Below the pieces are notes generated by a model, which saw only the letters and a list, made by a program, of their open reading frames with translations, searched no databases and was not told the DNA's origin. Of a stretch of DNA of 64,000 nucleotides, positions 12,768 through 21,851 are shown piece after piece. How positions within the stretch are numbered: position 1 is the first letter of the stretch; each line of letters begins with the position of its first letter. Source of the DNA: Deltaproteobacteria bacterium (lineage in GTDB: Bacteria > Myxococcota > Kuafuiibacteriia > Kuafuiibacteriales > Kuafuiibacteriaceae); NCBI GenBank assembly GCA_040218735.1, contig JAVJQW010000060.1:12753-76752 (forward strand), read 5' to 3'. The position numbers were made by a program, and so were the translations under genes.

Positions 12768-13541
12768 TCACAGCGAGAAAAATGCCGCGGCGGTCTTCGT
12801 GGTCACGTCCGCGACGTGCTCCGGCGTGACGCCCCGCGCCTCGGCGACGGTGTCGCGCACGTAGGTCAGGAACGCCGGCTCGTTGCGGCCGCCCTTCGGG
12901 CGCGGACGCATCGTGCGGGGGAACAGGTACGGTGCGTCGGTCTCGATCATCAGACGGTCGTCGCCGATCAGCTTTACGTCTTCGAGCAGGTGCGTGCCGC
13001 GACGCTCGTCGCAGATCCAACCGGTGATGCCGACGTGCAGATCGAGGTCGAGGTACGCCTTCAGCTCGTCCCGCGTGCCCGTGTAGCAGTGAATGACCGC
13101 GCCCTTCAGCGCGTCGCGGTGCTGGCGGAGGATCGCGACGAAGCGTTCGTGCGCCGCGCGCTCGTGGAGGAACACGGGCAGCTGGAGCTTCGCGGCGAGC
13201 TCGAGCTGCGCTTCGAACCAGCGCTCCTGCACGGGCCGCGGGGAGAAGTCGCGATCGAAGTCGAGGCCGCACTCGCCGATCGCGACGACGCGCGCTCTCG
13301 AAGCGAGCTCGGTGAGCGTGTCGATCGTCGCGCCGTCACAGGACTTCGCGTCGTGCGGGTGCACGCCGGCCGTCGCGTACTGCGCCTTGTCGTCGGCCAT
13401 CGCCGCCGCCGCGCGGCTCGCGCCGACGCTCGTCCCGGTGATCACCACGCGGTCGACGCCCGCCTCCGCGGCGCGCGCGAGCACGCCGTCGAGGTCCTTC
13501 GCGAAGCGTTTGTTCGTGAGGTTGACGCCGATGTCGATCAC
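12768..13541 (-). CDS. tatD: TatD-family nuclease
   Basis: IDIGVNL, TAGVHPH, AIGECGLDF, FLHER, IHCYTG, ETDAPY, RNEPA; GTG overlaps the upstream TGA. Confidence 0.93.
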   Translation of the reverse strand: MIDIGVNLTNKRFAKDLDGVLARAAEAGVDRVVITGTSVGASRAAAAMADDKAQYATAGVHPHDAKSCDGATIDTLTELASRARVVAIGECGLDFDRDFSPRPVQERWFEAQLELAAKLQLPVFLHERAAHERFVAILRQHRDALKGAVIHCYTGTRDELKAYLDLDLHVGITGWICDERRGTHLLEDVKLIGDDRLMIETDAPYLFPRTMRPRPKGGRNEPAFLTYVRDTVAEARGVTPEHVADVTTKTAAAFFSL

Positions 13542-14782
13542 TTCTGGCCGGGAAGAGACAGCGTGCCCATCTCCCCCGTCAAGCTCACGGCGCCGGCGCC
13601 CTGGTCCTCGTCCGCGATCGACAGCCCGCCCGGCGCGTGCGCGAGGCGCGACTGGATCCGCGCGAGCGCGTCCTCCGCCTTGGTGCGGAGGACGGCGTCG
13701 ACCAACCCGTTGAGCACACGCCGCAGCTCGGGCACGGCGTCTCGCCCGCCCGCGATGCCGAGGGCCTCCGCCGCCGCGAGCTTCGCTTCCAGACTCTGGT
13801 ACCTCAGCGTGCGGAAGAGCTGCGGCTCGTACGGGGTCTGACCCTGGGCGACGGCGGCGACCCACCGGCACGTCGCCGCGACCGTCTCGGCGTCGTCGCG
13901 TCCGAAGAGGTACGTGACGATCGCGTCGGGGAGCGCGAGACGGTGCCTTCGCGCGAAGTCGAGCGCGTGCAGGCGCGTCGCGCCGTCCTGGTGACGGAGC
14001 ACCTTGGTGAGTGTCTCGATGCGCGCTTCGGCGTCGAGCGCGGTGAGGAGCCGCGTGAGCGCGAGGAGGCGGACGCGTGTGGGCGCGCGCTTCGCATGGA
14101 AGATCGCTTCGACGTGGGCGAGGTCGCTCGGGTCGTGCGCCGCGAGGTGCGTGGCCGCGTCGAGTCGAAGCTCGTAGTCGAAGTGCGCGAGCAGCATTCG
14201 CGCGGCGCGGCGCGTCTCGATGTCGTCGCCGAAGTACGTCGTCATCAGCCCGAAGTTCTTGCGACGCACGGCGACGCGCTCGTCGCTCGTGACGTTGTTT
14301 GCGAGGCGCTCGACGACGGGCGCGTCGTTGGAGAGCACCCGTACGAGATCGAGCATGCGCCGGACGAACTTTGCGACGGCTTTTCCGTCGAGCTCGCCAG
14401 AGATGCGTCCGCGGAGGACGCGCGCCGAGCCTTCTTCGAGTCGCACCTGGCGGTGCGCGACGGTCGCCCCGCCCTTCACGACCACGTCGACCGTGGCGGC
14501 GCGCGCTTCGTGGTGCATGAGCGAGAGCGTCGCGGCCTCGGGGCCCATCAGGAACACGCGGGCGTCGAAGCCTTCGTCGCTGGTCTGCAGTCCGCGGAAC
14601 GGCGCGGAGGTGGAGATGGGTCGGATGGTGAGGTCGGCGAACGTGGGGCCGCCCTGGACCACGACACGTTCGAGGCGGCCGTCCTTCTTGCCCTCGATGC
14701 GGACTTCGCATCCGTCGACGACGCCCGCCAGGGTGCGGGCGAAGAACGACTTCGACAGCTCGAGGCCGAGCTCCCAAGCCAC
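13538..14782 (-). CDS. HEAT-repeat-containing protein
   Basis: Repeated helical units (VRRKNF, LRLDAA, VRLLAL, TRLHAL, AKLAAAEALG), C-terminal GGLSIA...GAVSL tail. Confidence 0.7.
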   Translation of the reverse strand: MAWELGLELSKSFFARTLAGVVDGCEVRIEGKKDGRLERVVVQGGPTFADLTIRPISTSAPFRGLQTSDEGFDARVFLMGPEAATLSLMHHEARAATVDVVVKGGATVAHRQVRLEEGSARVLRGRISGELDGKAVAKFVRRMLDLVRVLSNDAPVVERLANNVTSDERVAVRRKNFGLMTTYFGDDIETRRAARMLLAHFDYELRLDAATHLAAHDPSDLAHVEAIFHAKRAPTRVRLLALTRLLTALDAEARIETLTKVLRHQDGATRLHALDFARRHRLALPDAIVTYLFGRDDAETVAATCRWVAAVAQGQTPYEPQLFRTLRYQSLEAKLAAAEALGIAGGRDAVPELRRVLNGLVDAVLRTKAEDALARIQSRLAHAPGGLSIADEDQGAGAVSLTGEMGTLSLPGQK

Positions 14783-14886
14783 GCGGGCGTACGCCTCGTC
14801 GGCGTAGTCACTCTGAAAGACGAAGAACGACGTGTCGCTTGCCTCCGGTCCGATCGATGATGCAGAACGCGCCTCGTCAGATCCAG

Positions 14887-15528
14887 ATGGCCCGCGTACG
14901 CTTCTACTTCGACTTCATCTCGCCCTACAGCTACCTCGCGAGCCAGCTCGTGCGGCGGGCCCCCTACGACGCGCTCGACCTCGAGTACGTCCCGGTCACG
15001 TTCGGCAGCATCCTCGCCAAGCTCGACGCGAAGGGTCCCGGCGAGATCCCGCACCGCCGCAAACACCAGCTGATGGACGTCTTGCTGCTCGCGCGGCACC
15101 TCGGGCTCCCCTGCGAGGGACCGCCCACGCACCCCTTCAACTCGGTCTACGCGCTCCGCTCGGTGTGCGCGGTCCAGGACCCGGCGAAGCGCGCCGAGCT
15201 GACGACGGCGTACTTCGCGGCGACCTGGGGCCGGGGTGAGGCGCTCGACGACCTCGCGGTGCTGCGGCGCATTCTCGGGGAGGTCGGAATCGACCACGAC
15301 CCGGAGGAGGTCGCGACCACGCGCGAGCACCGCGCCGCGCTGAAGGCGAACACCAAGGCGCTGCTCGAGGCGGGGGGCTGGGGGGTGCCGACGTTCGAGG
15401 TCGACGGCCTGCTCTTCTGGGGGCAGGACCGGCTGGACCTCTTGCTGGCGTATCTGGAGCGAGGTGATGCGCCCGTCGCGGAGCGCGACGCGTTGCTGAC
15501 GAGGCCTCAGCCCGGGCGCATCACCTGA
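14887..15528 (+). CDS. 2-hydroxychromene-2-carboxylate isomerase / DsbA-like (GST kappa) protein
   Basis: FYFDFISPYSYLA, HPFNS, GVPTF, FWGQDRL. Confidence 0.9.
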   Translation: MARVRFYFDFISPYSYLASQLVRRAPYDALDLEYVPVTFGSILAKLDAKGPGEIPHRRKHQLMDVLLLARHLGLPCEGPPTHPFNSVYALRSVCAVQDPAKRAELTTAYFAATWGRGEALDDLAVLRRILGEVGIDHDPEEVATTREHRAALKANTKALLEAGGWGVPTFEVDGLLFWGQDRLDLLLAYLERGDAPVAERDALLTRPQPGRIT

Positions 15529-15531
15529 GCG

Positions 15532-17505
15532 TCACTCGTAGATGAGGGTGACGGGGTCGGCCTGCGCGTATTGGCCGTCCACGACGAACTCCACCGAGGC
15601 CTTGCTGACCTCCGACCCAACGATCGGGAGGTCGCTGATCTTGAAGAACTGCCCCTGGATCGGTCCCGGCGGGATCTCGTGGAGGTCGAAGATGGCTTCC
15701 TTGTCGTCGAACCCGACCACGCGGAGCTTGGCGTCCTCGATCGCGTCCGGCGCGTCGTCGGCGATGCCGATGTAGAGCAGCGCCGACGGGTCGTCGCCGA
15801 GGAAGAGGCCGCACGTCGGGCACGCGATGATAATCGGCTGCGGGACCATGTGCGGCACCGAATAGGGCGTGTGGAACTGGGCGCTCGGGCACGGGTTCGA
15901 GGTGCCCGCGGGCGCGTGGGAGTACAGCGTCGCGTAACACGGAAAGCCCAGCTCCTGCCCCGTCACGGCGCCGCCGAAGTCGAGCTCGGTCATGGTCGTG
16001 GCGGCGAAGCTCAGGTTCGTCGCGCTTTGGTCGGCCCCCGGGTCGCCCGCGTCACAGCTCGGAACGTTGAGGCAGTCACCACGCAGGACACACACACGAC
16101 GCACCGCCCGACAGAACGAGACGCGGCGCGTCTGGGTCGCGCAGGACGTACCGTTACAGAAATCGACACCGACGCCCGGGAGCGGGATCGCCCGGTTCTG
16201 GATCAGATCCATCACTTGGTGGCGTGACCACGTGGGCTGGTATGCCCACACCGTTCCCGCCGTTGCGGCGACGGCCGCCGCGGCGACCGACGTACCGGTG
16301 AGCGCCGTCGAGTGCGGCTCGCCCACGCGCGTCATCGCGACGTGATCCGCCGGAGCGACGAGCCTCGGACGCGAACCCGCGCGCTCGATGATCAACGGTC
16401 GGTCTCGCCCATCGACGGCCCCCACTGCGTACAGCAGCGGCGTGTAGACCCCGGCCTGTGACCCGATGGTGATCCCGAGGGGCGTGCAGCGCGTCTGGTC
16501 CGGCGCCGGCTCGGTCTCCCACCCCGCGGGGAAGGCCGGCCCGGTGGAGGCGCCCGCGCGGCCGGGGAGATTGCCGGCGGCGGCGATGACGAGCGCGCCG
16601 CGACACGCCGCGTAGGTGACCGCGGAGTACACCGCGCGCGTCGGGGGATCGAGCGTGTTCCATCCGCTCGACACGTCGCCGCCCCAGTAGGGATCCCAAC
16701 CCAAGCTGAGGTTGACGACGATCGGTCCGGAGCCCTGCGACGCGGCGAAGTCGACCGCCGAGACGATGGCGCGCGCGGTGTCACTCAGCCGACCGACGAA
16801 ACCGCCGGACGACGTGTTCAAGACGAGCTCGTGCGTCACGCTGTCCCGCTCGAGCGCGATCGCGAGGGTCGAAGCCACGTCGACGCGGCACGTCGGACTC
16901 GTGTCCCCGAGGGGGCACCCCAGCTTTCGCCCGATCTCACCCATGATCCGACCGTGATCGAGCTGCCCGGTCCCTGGTTCCGGGAACCCGGTGTTGATCG
17001 CCGAGTCGACGACCATCATCCGAGCGCGAACCGGCGGGTTCATCGGCGGCGGGAAGAACTTCACCGTCGGCGGCGTGCGATCGTCGATCTGATCCAGGAA
17101 CGCGGTCTCGTACGCGGCCGCGTTGTCCTGAGACCACTGCGACCCGTAGGCCGCGACGACGTTGCAGTCCGGCTTGGCGCCGGTGGGGAGCAACGACAGG
17201 TTCGGCGTCGGGCCCCCGTGCCAATCGTAGACGCAGTATCGCGCGAGCTCTTCGTCCGACGTCCCTGGGAACACGTGGGCGGCGTCCCAGTTGCCGACGC
17301 TCTTGCAGTCATAGGGCCCCGGCGCCGGCAGAATCGCGATCTGACGGGTTCCAGGACACGCCACTGCCTTGGAGGGCGGGTCGCTATAGCAGATTCCGGA
17401 AGCAGTACAGGACAACGCGTTCGTCGCAACGGCCAGCTCGTCCGGTTCGGCTCGGCACGCTACGAGAATCAAGGAAGTGAGGAGAAGTGCGTCAGATCGT
17501 CTCAT
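15532..17505 (-). CDS. Exported S8 (subtilisin-like) serine peptidase, Cys-rich lipoprotein
   Basis: Lipobox LVAC; triad motifs VVDS, DHG and GTS(VAAA); VVNLSLG, IAAAGN oxyanion motif. Confidence 0.85.
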   Translation of the reverse strand: MRRSDALLLTSLILVACRAEPDELAVATNALSCTASGICYSDPPSKAVACPGTRQIAILPAPGPYDCKSVGNWDAAHVFPGTSDEELARYCVYDWHGGPTPNLSLLPTGAKPDCNVVAAYGSQWSQDNAAAYETAFLDQIDDRTPPTVKFFPPPMNPPVRARMMVVDSAINTGFPEPGTGQLDHGRIMGEIGRKLGCPLGDTSPTCRVDVASTLAIALERDSVTHELVLNTSSGGFVGRLSDTARAIVSAVDFAASQGSGPIVVNLSLGWDPYWGGDVSSGWNTLDPPTRAVYSAVTYAACRGALVIAAAGNLPGRAGASTGPAFPAGWETEPAPDQTRCTPLGITIGSQAGVYTPLLYAVGAVDGRDRPLIIERAGSRPRLVAPADHVAMTRVGEPHSTALTGTSVAAAAVAATAGTVWAYQPTWSRHQVMDLIQNRAIPLPGVGVDFCNGTSCATQTRRVSFCRAVRRVCVLRGDCLNVPSCDAGDPGADQSATNLSFAATTMTELDFGGAVTGQELGFPCYATLYSHAPAGTSNPCPSAQFHTPYSVPHMVPQPIIIACPTCGLFLGDDPSALLYIGIADDAPDAIEDAKLRVVGFDDKEAIFDLHEIPPGPIQGQFFKISDLPIVGSEVSKASVEFVVDGQYAQADPVTLIYE

Positions 17506-17538
17506 CTTAGTCCCTCTATGCGGCGGCCCTCGAAAAAC

Positions 17539-20238
17539 TCACGGCACATAAACTCGAAATGCTGCCCAGTCCGAAGCGCTGTCGGTCGCCAACGCCGACA
17601 ACTGGGCCGCCCGCAAAGACTTGGAGAGTGCGAGATCGGGATCCTTGTAGAGATTCGACGTCACAAGTCTCGCATCGCCATCCTTGACCTCGCGCGTCGT
17701 GGCAATGACGGCATGACTACCCGCGAGCACGAACGCGCGGGCTGGACCGACCTCGTTCGTATGAGGCGGTGCAGTCGTGCAGCCCGAGAGTACGACGCGA
17801 GCCGGCACACTCGGCAGCGCCAGGATGTCGGCCACACCGAGGAGCGCACGTCCGGCGAGCGGTAACGCCGCGCTGAACCCAACCTCCGCGTCATCCGTTC
17901 CGTGCCCAGCCCAGTGGAGCAGTGAAACACCGCGAATCGAACTTTCGAGGCGTCGGCGTGTTACGGACCGCCCCTCGAGGATCCGTGTTTCGACGCCCCC
18001 CGCTCGTAGTTCATCACCTACCGCGCGTGCTTCGTCGCGCGCGTGTGGGAGGTTGCCCGTCGGGTCCGCAACCACGAGCGCACGCCCGTTTGCCTTGTTC
18101 GTCGTAGGTACGGCGAACCCGCCCGAAGCGTAGATGATCTCGTAGGACGCAACGAACGGTCGACCGTTCCAAGGAAGAGCGTGAAAGTCGATGTGTTGGG
18201 CAAGGTCTCGCGCCACAATTCTCACACGTGTCCGCCCGTCGAGTTGTCGAGTAAACGGTTGGAGCAGCAAGGTCGTGAGCACGGTCGGCGCCGCGAAAAC
18301 ATCGATCGCGCTCCGACGAACCCAACGTCTTGATTCCTCCGTCTCGGCCAGTACGATCCAGCCGTCACCGAGTCGATCAATCGTGAGCACGACCTCCCCG
18401 GGTGCGGGAGCGTGACGATCGACCCGACCGCTTCGACCCGGCCCCAACACTCGAAGCGCGGCTGTGAGCGAGGACCGAATCTCCTCCTGTAGTCGAGCGC
18501 GCGCCCGCGCCCGACTGCCTCGCGTGGTGTCAGCGTCCGACCAGGCATCCGAGTCGAACCCGTCCAGCTGAGCTCGAAGTGCGTTGTAGGTCATCGCGGC
18601 CCGCTCCCATTCGCGTCGGTCCACGCCTCTCAGCGAGGCTATCCGAAAGCTCCGTTCGACGACTCGCTGCGATCGAAGCGCATGGCGATGGAGAACCTCG
18701 ACGGCCCTCTCCCCGCCCCGAAGCTCCAATGCCAGACTCGCGTGCCGACGCGCGGCACTATTCATCGCGTCAATGTTGAAGCGATGTCCCGGAATGGCGA
18801 ACGGCACGTCCTTCGAGGCCTCGAGTATCGCCTCCGCGGCTTCGTAGGACTCGAGGGCCCGACGCCGATCCTCGGACGCTTCGAAAGTGCTCGCGCGCCC
18901 GATGGACGCACTCCACCGCAGGGTGTCGGCCCCCACGCGTTCCCCGAGCGCCTCCAACCCCTCGTAGCCGGCCAAGGCCTCGCCGAACTTGCCTGCGCGC
19001 GTCGCAAGACGAGCAAGGACGATCAGCGACCAAGCATCGACTTCGGTCACGCTGGGTGCCCCGTCCTGCTGCGCCCGCTCGACGTAGCTTCTCGCCCGGT
19101 CGTCGTCTCCCGAGTGAAGCGCATCGAGTGCGAGCGTAACTTCGACGTTCCGTGCGTTGATGAGGTTCGGGCAACCCACTTGATAGATCGCAAGGGCCCG
19201 TTCCCCATCGGTTCGAGCATCGAAGGACGGGTCGCGTCCGAACTCGTCCGCAAGCACCGCGACCCACGCTCGATTACCTAGAAAGCGAGCAACTGCGCAC
19301 GACGCCTGGGAGAGAGGCATCTCCGTCGCCATGTGGCGATAGAGCGCATTCGCCTGTTCATGAAGTCCGAGCGTCCCCAAGACGTCCGCTCGAATCTGCG
19401 CCGCCTGATGCGCGGCGACATCCTCGAGACGGCGGCCGAAGCTCTCGGAGCGTCGAGCGAGCTCGATCGCACCGCGCGCATCGCCGACCTCACGCGCGAG
19501 AACGGCCTCGTAGAGATCGATATAGGCAGGCTCCCCCCCGAGTGTGTGGGGAAGTCGTCGCTTCGCCTCCAGGATGGCGCGTCTCGCCGTATCGACGTCT
19601 CGTGTCACCACAGAGCCAATCCAGGCGATTGTCCCAAAGGCGTAGACCGGCCCCGAGATCAGCTCCGCGTACTCCCCAAACGTGGCACTGAGCCTGCGTT
19701 GACGGATCGCCTCCTCGAAGCTCGCCCCACTGAACGCGATCCTCGCACGCATCGTCGCCACGTCGGCGAGCGTGCGCACGTCCGCGCCCTCCTCGTTCGC
19801 GTCGAGGATCGCCAACGCCGTCGTCGCCGACTTCGTGCGCAGCGCGTCCGCCTTCACGAGCCAGGGCGGGCGCTTCCACACCACGACCGGGAGCGCGTAC
19901 TTGTCGCGGCCCCTCCGCGTCGCGACCACGTCGATCGACTTGGTGGCCGTCGTGACCTCGAAGGTCGTGCGCCAGCCGCCATCGACCTCCGTCCACTCGA
20001 CCTCCGTGCCTTCGACCGTCAGCTTCGACTCGGGTGCCGCTTGGACCCAGAGCACCACCTTCGTGTCGTTCTCGATCTCACAGATCGGTCCGCGTCGGAT
20101 CTGTTCGCAGCCCGCGATGCGGACGTCTTCGATCAGCGATTCCGGGTCGGGTTCGCGCGTTCGTTCTCGGCACGCGACGAGCGCGAACGAAATTCCCAAG
20201 ATGAGCTCAAGGCGCCGCACCGAGCGGCTGGATCTCAA
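17539..20238 (-). CDS. CHAT-domain (caspase-like) protease with helical TPR-like middle, predicted lipoprotein
   Basis: Lipobox FALVAC; C-terminal CHAT motifs IDFHAL, VVADPTGNLPHARDEA, LLHWAGHG, VVLSGC, AFVLAG, WAAF. Start could be a few codons downstream. Confidence 0.88.
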   Translation of the reverse strand: MRSSRSVRRLELILGISFALVACRERTREPDPESLIEDVRIAGCEQIRRGPICEIENDTKVVLWVQAAPESKLTVEGTEVEWTEVDGGWRTTFEVTTATKSIDVVATRRGRDKYALPVVVWKRPPWLVKADALRTKSATTALAILDANEEGADVRTLADVATMRARIAFSGASFEEAIRQRRLSATFGEYAELISGPVYAFGTIAWIGSVVTRDVDTARRAILEAKRRLPHTLGGEPAYIDLYEAVLAREVGDARGAIELARRSESFGRRLEDVAAHQAAQIRADVLGTLGLHEQANALYRHMATEMPLSQASCAVARFLGNRAWVAVLADEFGRDPSFDARTDGERALAIYQVGCPNLINARNVEVTLALDALHSGDDDRARSYVERAQQDGAPSVTEVDAWSLIVLARLATRAGKFGEALAGYEGLEALGERVGADTLRWSASIGRASTFEASEDRRRALESYEAAEAILEASKDVPFAIPGHRFNIDAMNSAARRHASLALELRGGERAVEVLHRHALRSQRVVERSFRIASLRGVDRREWERAAMTYNALRAQLDGFDSDAWSDADTTRGSRARARARLQEEIRSSLTAALRVLGPGRSGRVDRHAPAPGEVVLTIDRLGDGWIVLAETEESRRWVRRSAIDVFAAPTVLTTLLLQPFTRQLDGRTRVRIVARDLAQHIDFHALPWNGRPFVASYEIIYASGGFAVPTTNKANGRALVVADPTGNLPHARDEARAVGDELRAGGVETRILEGRSVTRRRLESSIRGVSLLHWAGHGTDDAEVGFSAALPLAGRALLGVADILALPSVPARVVLSGCTTAPPHTNEVGPARAFVLAGSHAVIATTREVKDGDARLVTSNLYKDPDLALSKSLRAAQLSALATDSASDWAAFRVYVP

Positions 20239-20938
20239 CCGAAAGCTCGAATGATTGCCACCCGTTGCCGGTCGTCACGCCGCCTCGTTCGTCGGGTTCC
20301 GGAAATGCATTCGCGCGCCCCACGAACGCAACGAATTTCACCGGTCCTGTCTGTCCTGCGCTCAACTCCCGAGCGACGCCCAGCCACCGCACCGCGCCGT
20401 TCACCGAGACCTCGGGCGCCACCGGCGACCGTACCGCGCGGTCGGCGGTCACGACCCACAGCGCACCGTCGATCTTCCCCGAAGCGATCCGCGCCGGCTG
20501 CGAGACGATCGACATCTCGGAATCCTCGCGCAGCGTGCGTGACTTCGGCTTCGCCTCGCTACGCCAGATCGCATCACCCGCCTCCGCCTTGAACGTGTAC
20601 TGCGGTATCGCCTCGACCCCCGCCGTCGAGAACAACAGCACCGCGGCCGCCGCCGCGAGGACGACGCCCACGCCCGCACCGACCCACGGCAGCCGCCGAA
20701 CCTTGGCGCTCGAGGTTCGTGCCGTCGTCGTCAACTTGGCTTGCACGTCGGCGCCGAGCGGCCGGAACAGCGACACCGCCTCCGCGAGCTTCTCGTCCTG
20801 TTCTGCATCGCGGAGCAACGCCGACATCTCGTCGTCCGAGAGCTCCCCCAGCGCGAGGCGCTCCAGACGCGGATCGATCTGTTGCTCCTGCTCTGTCATG
20901 AGCTCACCTAGCTGATATGCAACATCGTCGTCAGACAT
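20207..20938 (-). CDS. Putative single-pass anti-sigma factor
   Basis: Short cytoplasmic N-terminus (LERLALGELS), one TM (WVGAGVGVVLAAAAAVLLF), extracytoplasmic C-terminal domain; overlaps the ECF stop. Confidence 0.7.
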   Translation of the reverse strand: MSDDDVAYQLGELMTEQEQQIDPRLERLALGELSDDEMSALLRDAEQDEKLAEAVSLFRPLGADVQAKLTTTARTSSAKVRRLPWVGAGVGVVLAAAAAVLLFSTAGVEAIPQYTFKAEAGDAIWRSEAKPKSRTLREDSEMSIVSQPARIASGKIDGALWVVTADRAVRSPVAPEVSVNGAVRWLGVARELSAGQTGPVKFVAFVGRANAFPEPDERGGVTTGNGWQSFELSVEIQPLGAAP

Positions 20939-21578
20939 GACGACCCTCGTCCGACTCGATTTCGTTTCGTAGCTCGCGCAACATCTTCGTGAGTCGGCTG
21001 CGCCACGCGTAGAGCGCCTGCTTCGTCGTCCCCGTGGAGTCTGCCGCGTCCTGCACCGACATGTTCTCTACGTACAGCAGCGAAAAATACTGCCGCCCGC
21101 GGGGACTCAAACGTTCGCGCAGACGCTCCGACAACCGATCGAGCAGATCGCGCGACTCGATACGCTCCATTACGCCTTCGTCCTGCCCGGACAGGTACAC
21201 CAGCCGATCGTCCATCGTCGGATCCTCGGTCCACGGATTCCGCTTCCCGGTTCGCATCAGCATGCCGACCTCGCGCTCCGCGAGGAAGCCCACGAACCCC
21301 GCGAACGAGAGCCCACGCGACGGATCCCACTGACGGAGCGCGCGCCCCTCGCGCGCGAACAACGCTGCGAAGACCTCCTGCACGAGGTCCTCGAGATCCG
21401 TACGCAGGTCACGCCCCCGCGACTGCTGCTTGCGCCTCAACATCGCGCGCGCCGCACGGGTGTGCACCACGGGCGCGAGCGCTGCCACCAGCGCGTCCAT
21501 CCGCTCCGCGTCTCCCTTCAGCGCGCGGTCGACCCACTCTTGGATCTCATCGGCGCTCCTCTCATCGAGTCCGGCCAT
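20931..21578 (-). CDS. ECF RNA polymerase sigma factor
   Basis: Region 2 DLEDLVQEVFAALF..LRQWDPSRGLSF; region 4 LLYVENMSVQDAA..TKQALYAWRSR. Confidence 0.9.
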   Translation of the reverse strand: MAGLDERSADEIQEWVDRALKGDAERMDALVAALAPVVHTRAARAMLRRKQQSRGRDLRTDLEDLVQEVFAALFAREGRALRQWDPSRGLSFAGFVGFLAEREVGMLMRTGKRNPWTEDPTMDDRLVYLSGQDEGVMERIESRDLLDRLSERLRERLSPRGRQYFSLLYVENMSVQDAADSTGTTKQALYAWRSRLTKMLRELRNEIESDEGRHV

Positions 21579-21851
21579 CGCTTTGGTCACTCGTCGACCT
21601 CGTTTTCTGCGGCGCGTGTTCGTCCAGACGCTCGTGGCGAGGCAGGCGGACGCTAGAGCCTCCGCGGGATCGTCGCAACACGAGCAGGTGTCCCAACCTC
21701 TCGACACCTCGCCTAGTCGCTATGCAACCGCACCTCAAAACCTCACGCGATCCGCCGCTGGTTCTTCTTCGCGGCCCATCGTGAGATCCGCCGCGCCCTC
21801 GGCATATCCCTCCGCGAGCGAACGAAAACCCAACGCTCGAAAGGAACGCAC

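Noticed and set aside
17539-21578. Type III-E CRISPR (Craspase) locus
   Set aside because: CHAT and sigma are present, but there is no Cas7-11, Csx30/31 or array, and the CHAT protein has a lipoprotein signal.
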